Origin: Alphaproteobacteria bacterium GM7ARS4
Lineage (GTDB): Bacteria; Pseudomonadota; Alphaproteobacteria; GM7ARS4
NCBI GenBank assembly: GCA_014332745.1
Contig: JACONL010000002.1
Coordinates: 18,371-82,370, forward strand
DNA: 64,000 nt
Reading direction: 5' to 3'
Of the stretch, positions 58,549 through 64,000 are shown piece by piece. Position 1 is the first letter of the stretch. Every line of letters starts with the position of its first letter. The position numbers were made by a program, and so were the translations under genes. The notes beneath the pieces were generated by a model, which saw only the letters and a program-made list of their open reading frames with translations, was not told the DNA's origin and made no database searches.

Positions 58549-60193
58549 GCGTTCCTTTTTCGTCTTCTTTATGCCTGTTCTTTCTGCACTCACCCGTCGT
58601 TTTGCTCTTATCGCGCCTTTATTGGGTGTTGGTATCAGCTTTGCCTTGCCTCCTTATGGTATGAGTTTTGTGCTTGTGCCTTTGTGGAGTCTGTTTGCTT
58701 TTTTCATTGGGGTGATGCCTTCTCTCACCAAAGCCTTTTATGTGGGCTGGCTGTTTGGCGTTGGGTATTTTGGGAGTAGTCTCTATTGGATTACCCATTC
58801 CTTTGCTTTTGGCCCTGCGATGTTCGCGCCTCTTGCCATTCCCTCTGTGATGCTTATGGTGGCACTCCTCTCGCTCTATGTGGCGTTTGCCTGTGTCATC
58901 ATCTGTGCCCTCAGGCGGTCTTTTCGTTTATCCTCCATACGCTATGTCACCATGTTTGCGGCTGTATGGACATTGGTGGAAATGGCAAGAGGATTTCTTT
59001 TTCTTGGTTTTCCGTGGAATATCAATGCGCTTTTTCTGAGTTCGTATCTTCCCCTGTTACAAGGCGCATCGCTCACGGGTGTATGGGGTGTCAGTTTCCT
59101 TGTGACGTGGGTCTCTTGTTCTTTGGCCGCCTGTCTCTCCTTTGATGATAAAAAAGAGCATGCTGTTCATGTCGCTATGCCGCCATTATTGGTGATGCTC
59201 ATGATGAGTGCGGCCGTTGTCTATGGGGCGTGGTTCTGGGGTGCGCAACGTATGGAGACGGCGTTGGGTGTGCATGACGACATACGTCTTCATATGGTAC
59301 AGGGCAATATCCCACAAGGCGAAAAATGGGATGTGACACTGCGCGAGAAACACCATAGCCGACATTTACGTATGAGTATCGATGATGATGTTTTTTCTGG
59401 CGAGCTTGGCGCTCTCCAAGTGGAGAGCACCGAGAGTCAAGGTCGACGTATCATTATCTGGCCTGAGACGGCGATCACGACCTATCCCGATAGGGTGCAA
59501 TCCTATCTCGATATCGCATCCCTCTTGCGTCCGGGGGATATGCTCATGAGTGGCGCAATCCACCGAGAAGTGAATTCTGACGGGAAAACAACGTCATGGA
59601 ATAGTCTGTTTGTCTTTAATGCCGATGGACGTGTGGAGGAGATCTATGACAAGGTGCGTCTTGTTCCCTTTGGGGAATATGTCCCTACATGGCACTATTT
59701 TCCTCTCCATAAAGTGATTGATGGATTCCATAATTTTGCCGCTGGTGAGGGACGGAGGACTCTTGTCGTCAGTGACCATATACCGCCCTTGAGTCCTCTC
59801 ATTTGCTATGAAGCCATTTTCCCTCATGATGCCACCGTGTCTATCAGGCAAAGCAAGAGACCGCAATGGCTTGTGAATATCACCAACGATGCGTGGTTTG
59901 GCGACTCCATTGGTGTGACACAGCACTTCTTTGCGTCCCGCATGCGCGCCATCGAGGAAGGGCTTCCTATGGCGCGAGTCGCCAATACGGGAATCTCTGC
60001 CTTGATCGATGCCCATGGCCGTATCCTTCACCATATCCCTGTAGAGACAGCGGGTGTGATACGCCACCCTCTCCCAAAACCCCTCCATGAGAGGACATTC
60101 TACAGCGCCTATGGGAATGCGCCCGTCTTGCTCTTTTTGTTACTGGGGCTCGCCTTCTTGATAACGCCCATCCATCCTCCACTGAGACGATAA
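58526..60193 (+). CDS. lnt: apolipoprotein N-acyltransferase
   Basis: Multi-TM N-terminus, C-N hydrolase domain with IICYEAIFP catalytic Cys motif; alternative start 58571. Confidence 0.85.
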   Translation: MTRTLVAERSFFVFFMPVLSALTRRFALIAPLLGVGISFALPPYGMSFVLVPLWSLFAFFIGVMPSLTKAFYVGWLFGVGYFGSSLYWITHSFAFGPAMFAPLAIPSVMLMVALLSLYVAFACVIICALRRSFRLSSIRYVTMFAAVWTLVEMARGFLFLGFPWNINALFLSSYLPLLQGASLTGVWGVSFLVTWVSCSLAACLSFDDKKEHAVHVAMPPLLVMLMMSAAVVYGAWFWGAQRMETALGVHDDIRLHMVQGNIPQGEKWDVTLREKHHSRHLRMSIDDDVFSGELGALQVESTESQGRRIIIWPETAITTYPDRVQSYLDIASLLRPGDMLMSGAIHREVNSDGKTTSWNSLFVFNADGRVEEIYDKVRLVPFGEYVPTWHYFPLHKVIDGFHNFAAGEGRRTLVVSDHIPPLSPLICYEAIFPHDATVSIRQSKRPQWLVNITNDAWFGDSIGVTQHFFASRMRAIEEGLPMARVANTGISALIDAHGRILHHIPVETAGVIRHPLPKPLHERTFYSAYGNAPVLLFLLLGLAFLITPIHPPLRR

Positions 60194-60250
60194 GGCTCTC
60201 TATCCCATAAATGACGAAAAACATTCTTTCTTGTGAGGCGTATATGGAGG

Positions 60251-60275
60251 AATAATCAACCTTAAGTTGATTATT
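60251..60275. promoter_or_regulatory. perfect 10 bp inverted repeat AATAATCAAC-cttaa-GTTGATTATT upstream of the HTH regulator gene (candidate operator)
   Basis: Read directly from sequence; lies in 260 nt AT-rich intergenic region. Confidence 0.3.
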
Positions 60276-60417
60276 ATCACGCTATGGACAGCCTTTGAGA
60301 GTCCCATCCATGCTGTATTCTTGGGAGTGTTCAGAGACATGGGCGTATCCCTTCTTGACATATCATTCATTATACCTTAGGTTTACATATGCTATATCTT
60401 AGGTTTATGCATGCTGT

Positions 60418-60816
60418 ATGTTCACGATGGTATCGGTGGGGGAGGAAGAGGCGATGATAGAGAAAAAGGACGAAGCGCGCCGTGTGACGGACACGGACAG
60501 GTGGATAGGGAAGCGTTTATATGCCATGCGTCAATTTTTTGGTGTGAAGCCTGAGGATGTGGCGCGTGCTGGCGGCATTTCCAAGCAGCAGCTCCATAAG
60601 TGCGAGACAGGCAAGAATCGTATCCCAGCGGGGCGTTTAGTGGATATTGTCGTCCATGTTTTTAAGATTTCCCTTGATTTTTTCAATCCCGTCTCTCCTC
60701 TAGGCTATCGGATGCCCCGTAGGCACGAGATGGATGGTGAGAGACTGATGCGAGTCGCACAAGAGCAAAAACCATTTGGCAGAGGCGCGATAGGTGAGGG
60801 GGATAAAACATCTTGA
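60418..60816 (+). CDS. XRE-family helix-turn-helix transcriptional regulator
   Basis: LYAMRQFFGVKPEDVARAGGISKQQLHKCETGKNRIPAGRL HTH; conserved between lnt and metK in alphaproteobacteria (from memory); start may be internal 60454. Confidence 0.75.
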   Translation: MFTMVSVGEEEAMIEKKDEARRVTDTDRWIGKRLYAMRQFFGVKPEDVARAGGISKQQLHKCETGKNRIPAGRLVDIVVHVFKISLDFFNPVSPLGYRMPRRHEMDGERLMRVAQEQKPFGRGAIGEGDKTS

Positions 60817-60881
60817 AAAGGGCATAAGACTCTATTATGCTGGCGGCAACAAGACGGTCGGCATGGGAAAGGTGTATTTTT

Positions 60882-62045
60882 GTGAGTTCATATATTTTTA
60901 CCAGTGAGTCCGTGTCTGATGGGCATCCAGACAAGTTATGCGATAGGGTGTCGGATGCTATTGTTGATGCGTATTTAGCACAAGATTCTGGTGCGCGTAT
61001 CGCATGCGAGACATTGGCGACCACCAATAGGGTTGTGTTGGCAGGCGAGATACGTAGCAAGGCGCATATAGCACACGATGGTATCGAGGATATTGTCCGC
61101 CGTGTCGTTCGTGAGATAGGCTATGAGCAGGAAGGTTTTCATTGGAAGACTCTTCAGTTGGCGAACTATCTGCATGAGCAATCGGCAGATATTGCTCAAG
61201 GTGTGGATAGGCACACGGGTGAGGAAGAACAAGGGGCGGGCGACCAAGGTATCATGTTTGGTTACGCCTGTGATGAGAGTCCTTGTCTCATGCCCGCCCC
61301 TATTTTTTATGCCCATAGAATTCTTCATGCCTTAGCACAAGCCCGTCATAAGGGTGCTTTACCACAGCTACGTCCCGATGCGAAAAGTCAAATAAGTCTC
61401 CTCTATGAAGATGGCAAGCCTGTGAAGGCGACATCGGTTGTCCTATCGAGTCAGCATGAGGAGAGTGTCCATGGCGATGACGTCAGGGAGATGGTGCGTC
61501 CCTATGTAGAGGCGGCGCTCCCTGACGGGTGGATGTGTGAGGAGAAAGATTTTCATGTTAATCCCACGGGGCGTTTTGTCATCGGTGGTCCCGATGGCGA
61601 TACGGGTTTGACGGGTCGTAAGATTATCGTTGATACCTATGGTGGGGCGGCGCCTCATGGCGGTGGCGCTTTCTCAGGGAAGGACCCCAGTAAAGTCGAT
61701 AGGTCAGCCGCCTACATGGCGCGTTATGTGGCGAAGAACATTGTTGCAGCGGGGTTAGCGTCTCGTTGTGCCATACAGCTCTCTTATGCCATTGGCGTTG
61801 CCCGTCCTTTATCGGTGTATGTCCATAGTTATGGCACGAGTCAGGTTGATGACTCTGTTCTTGCTGAGACAATAAAGAATGTTGTCGACCTATCCCCATG
61901 GGGGATTATTCAGCGTTTAGCGCTGATGCGTCCTATTTACGAGATGACGGCGAATTATGGGCATTTTGGTCGTGAACCCACACAGGATGGTGGATTCTCT
62001 TGGGAGCGAACGGATTTGGTCAAAGAATTACAGAAGGCGCTCTAA
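60882..62045 (+). CDS. metK: S-adenosylmethionine synthase
   Basis: GTG start: [51 protein letters not shown] motifs. Confidence 0.93.
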   Translation: MSSYIFTSESVSDGHPDKLCDRVSDAIVDAYLAQDSGARIACETLATTNRVVLAGEIRSKAHIAHDGIEDIVRRVVREIGYEQEGFHWKTLQLANYLHEQSADIAQGVDRHTGEEEQGAGDQGIMFGYACDESPCLMPAPIFYAHRILHALAQARHKGALPQLRPDAKSQISLLYEDGKPVKATSVVLSSQHEESVHGDDVREMVRPYVEAALPDGWMCEEKDFHVNPTGRFVIGGPDGDTGLTGRKIIVDTYGGAAPHGGGAFSGKDPSKVDRSAAYMARYVAKNIVAAGLASRCAIQLSYAIGVARPLSVYVHSYGTSQVDDSVLAETIKNVVDLSPWGIIQRLALMRPIYEMTANYGHFGREPTQDGGFSWERTDLVKELQKAL

Positions 62046-62740
62046 GGCGGACAACGTCTTTTTATTATCGGCGGTGGGGAGGACGCCTGTCGCCTCAAGA
62101 GAGGGAACGCGCGTCCCTATTGTGGGAGCGTTGGGGTTTTTCTGTCCCCGAAGAGGGCGCGTCCATTGATGGCAGTGCGTTGTTCTCTCACGCCATCGAC
62201 CATCTTGCTGTGGAGATTGGTTTTGGCGCTGGCGAGCATTTGGTGTGGCAGGCATTGCGTTATCCCCATTGGGGTTTCATTGGGTGCGAGTGCCATAGGC
62301 AAGGCCTATGGCGTCTCCTTCGGGACATCGACTCCTATGGTATTGGCAACATACGTCTTTGCGCTCAGGACGGCTCTTTGTTGTTATCGGCATTGCAGGA
62401 TGGCACTGTTCATCGTTTTTTTACATTGTTCCCCGACCCATGGCCTAAGCAACGTCACAGGAAGAGGCGTCTGATATGTCCTTCCTTCGTGTCTGAGGTG
62501 ATGCGTACCATGGCGGTGGCTGGCTCTTGGCGTTTTGCGTCTGATAGAGCATGTGCTTGTGCCCATGTGCGGGACGCGCTCAGGGAGCAGAGTCATGGCG
62601 CTCTTCAGGCATGCTGGCGTGGCGCGCCTCATGTCCATGATTGGCCCAGCACGCGCTACCAGAAAAAGGCGCAAGACACAGGCAGGATTGTCGAGTTTCT
62701 CTCTATAGGGCATCAAGAGTCGCAAGAAGGCGCGCCCTAG
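62000..62740 (+). CDS. trmB: tRNA (guanine46-N7)-methyltransferase
   Basis: [27 protein letters not shown] motifs; TTG start overlapping metK end assumed. Confidence 0.85.
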   Translation: MGANGFGQRITEGALRRTTSFYYRRWGGRLSPQERERASLLWERWGFSVPEEGASIDGSALFSHAIDHLAVEIGFGAGEHLVWQALRYPHWGFIGCECHRQGLWRLLRDIDSYGIGNIRLCAQDGSLLLSALQDGTVHRFFTLFPDPWPKQRHRKRRLICPSFVSEVMRTMAVAGSWRFASDRACACAHVRDALREQSHGALQACWRGAPHVHDWPSTRYQKKAQDTGRIVEFLSIGHQESQEGAP

Positions 62741-63054
62741 TAGTCGTTGATGTCTTTCGGTGTCTCTTTTTTGTTATGGAAAAACGTCCTTAGGATACCG
62801 ACACAGAGCAGGCTAGACACAGCAAAAAGCAGGACGATATGACTCCATGCGTTGTAATTGATAAAGCCAAAATCCCACGTCATGCCAAGGAGGAAGGCGG
62901 TGGCGAGGGAGGCGAAGCCAATGGGAACAACAAAGAAATTCCATCCCAATATCATGTCGGCAATGATCAGCACCAAGCCAAGGATAGCCCAGTATTCCCA
63001 TTGTAACGTCCAGCTTGCTGCTACCGCCATCCCATAGCTCGTATGTCCATTCAT
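62737..63054 (-). CDS. NfeD-like small membrane protein (partner of SPFH protein)
   Basis: 105 aa, 2-3 TM, immediately downstream of band-7 gene. Confidence 0.65.
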   Translation of the reverse strand: MNGHTSYGMAVAASWTLQWEYWAILGLVLIIADMILGWNFFVVPIGFASLATAFLLGMTWDFGFINYNAWSHIVLLFAVSSLLCVGILRTFFHNKKETPKDINDY

Positions 63055-63067
63055 GAGGTTTTCCTCT

Positions 63068-63997
63068 TCAGGGTTTTTTCGTCACAGGCATAGAGGGGGG
63101 ACGTTTTTTGTCTTCAGGCCTGATGCTTTGCAGGATGGTCTCCAGAGAGCCCAGCACCGCCGCAATATCTGTGGGGATGATGAGCGTTTTCGTATTATTG
63201 GATGTCGCCACAGCGCTTAAGGCGTGCACTTGTCTTTTGAGGATTTCGAAATCGATAGCGGGCTGTCCGTCTTCCTTGATGGCTTGAGCGAGGAGAGTCG
63301 TTTGTTTGGCATCGGCTTCCGCCTTCACGCGCACTTCGTAGGCTTCGGCGTCAGCTTTGACTTTGATGGCGTCGGCTTGCTTTTCCGCTTCGTATAATTC
63401 AGCGTCAGCGCGCAGCTCGACGGAGCGCCTTTCACCTTCGGCCTTTGCGATCATGGCGCGCCTTTCGCGTTCGGCATCCAATTGCTGTCGTTGTGACTCT
63501 TTGGTGCGTTCATCCACAACGATGTCGGTGATTTCGGTGCGCGTGACTTCGACACCCCAGATTTCAGCTGCCGCCGACAGATTGACGGCGATTTCTTGAT
63601 TCATGGACTCACGGGATGATTGTAGCTCGTCTAACTCTAACTTGCCAGCAGCGGAGCGCACGATGGACGTAGAGGCCGTATAGACAGCTTTATCAATATG
63701 ACGAATGCGATACACCGATGATGGCGCATCCACGATACGATAGAACACGGTTGATTCCAATCCCACTTCCACATTGTCTTTGGTAATGACAGAAATTTTG
63801 AATTCTGGCAGCTGGCGTTCTAGAATCGAGACGCGATGGGCGATAATGTCGAGGAAAGGAACGATAAAATTCAAGCCCGGGGCGAGAGTCTTTGTGTAGC
63901 GTCCGAAACGCTCCACCAGATGCACCTGAGATTGAGGCACAACCTCCACGCCCTTATAGACAAGGACAAGGAAAAAAATGACAACGAGCAGAATCAA
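63068..63997 (-). CDS. SPFH/band 7 (stomatin/HflC-like) protein
   Basis: N-terminal TM then SPFH domain (VVPQSQVHLVERFGRYTKTLAPGLNFIVPF), coiled-coil Ala/Glu-rich C-terminus; start codon at window edge. Confidence 0.85.
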   Translation of the reverse strand: MILLVVIFFLVLVYKGVEVVPQSQVHLVERFGRYTKTLAPGLNFIVPFLDIIAHRVSILERQLPEFKISVITKDNVEVGLESTVFYRIVDAPSSVYRIRHIDKAVYTASTSIVRSAAGKLELDELQSSRESMNQEIAVNLSAAAEIWGVEVTRTEITDIVVDERTKESQRQQLDAERERRAMIAKAEGERRSVELRADAELYEAEKQADAIKVKADAEAYEVRVKAEADAKQTTLLAQAIKEDGQPAIDFEILKRQVHALSAVATSNNTKTLIIPTDIAAVLGSLETILQSIRPEDKKRPPSMPVTKKP

Positions 63998-64000
63998 TGT

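Noticed and set aside
60817-60881. SAM riboswitch upstream of metK
   Set aside because: Only about 65 nt separate the HTH gene stop from the metK GTG start, and I could not recognise SAM-II or SAM-I consensus elements by eye. A covariance-model search would be needed.

Overview
This 64 kb window reads as a core chromosomal segment of a GC-rich (~57%) alphaproteobacterium with Hyphomicrobiales-like gene order. About 70 protein genes are tightly packed on both strands with one tRNA-Gln. I found no transposase, integrase, phage gene, CRISPR array or rRNA. Recognisable blocks include cobT-cobS, pdxH-fabH-plsX-rpmF, lysC/ubiG, grxC-comF, trxB, panE-purN-purM, pntAA-pntAB-pntB, amt, ftsEX, rpoH, Tim44-mltA-smr and lgt-midA-pgeF. 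Further along are prs-rplY-pth-ychF, rpsP-trmD-rplS, leuCDB-asd, sdhCDAB, acnA-fur, miaB-phoH-ybeY-corC-lnt, an HTH regulator followed by metK-trmB, and an nfeD/SPFH pair. I do not see a clear novel multi-gene system. The strongest anomaly is sdhA, split into two frames by a roughly 120 nt internal deletion that removes the covalent-FAD histidine region. A short direct repeat sits at the junction. Other observations: in-frame 9-24 nt tandem-repeat insertions (Gly/Arg/His-rich) inside conserved housekeeping genes (ybeY, corC, panE, pgeF, possibly pth); a G-tract tandem-repeat element enclosed by an 11 bp inverted repeat in a convergent intergenic region; an orphan beta-class DNA methyltransferase; a conserved uncharacterised DUF2066/CDP-alcohol phosphatidyltransferase pair; a solitary amt without glnK; absence of rimM from the rpsP-trmD-rplS cluster; and repeat-rich promoter regions upstream of rpoH and the HTH-metK unit. 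All calls rest on reading the translations against remembered family motifs. No database search was run.
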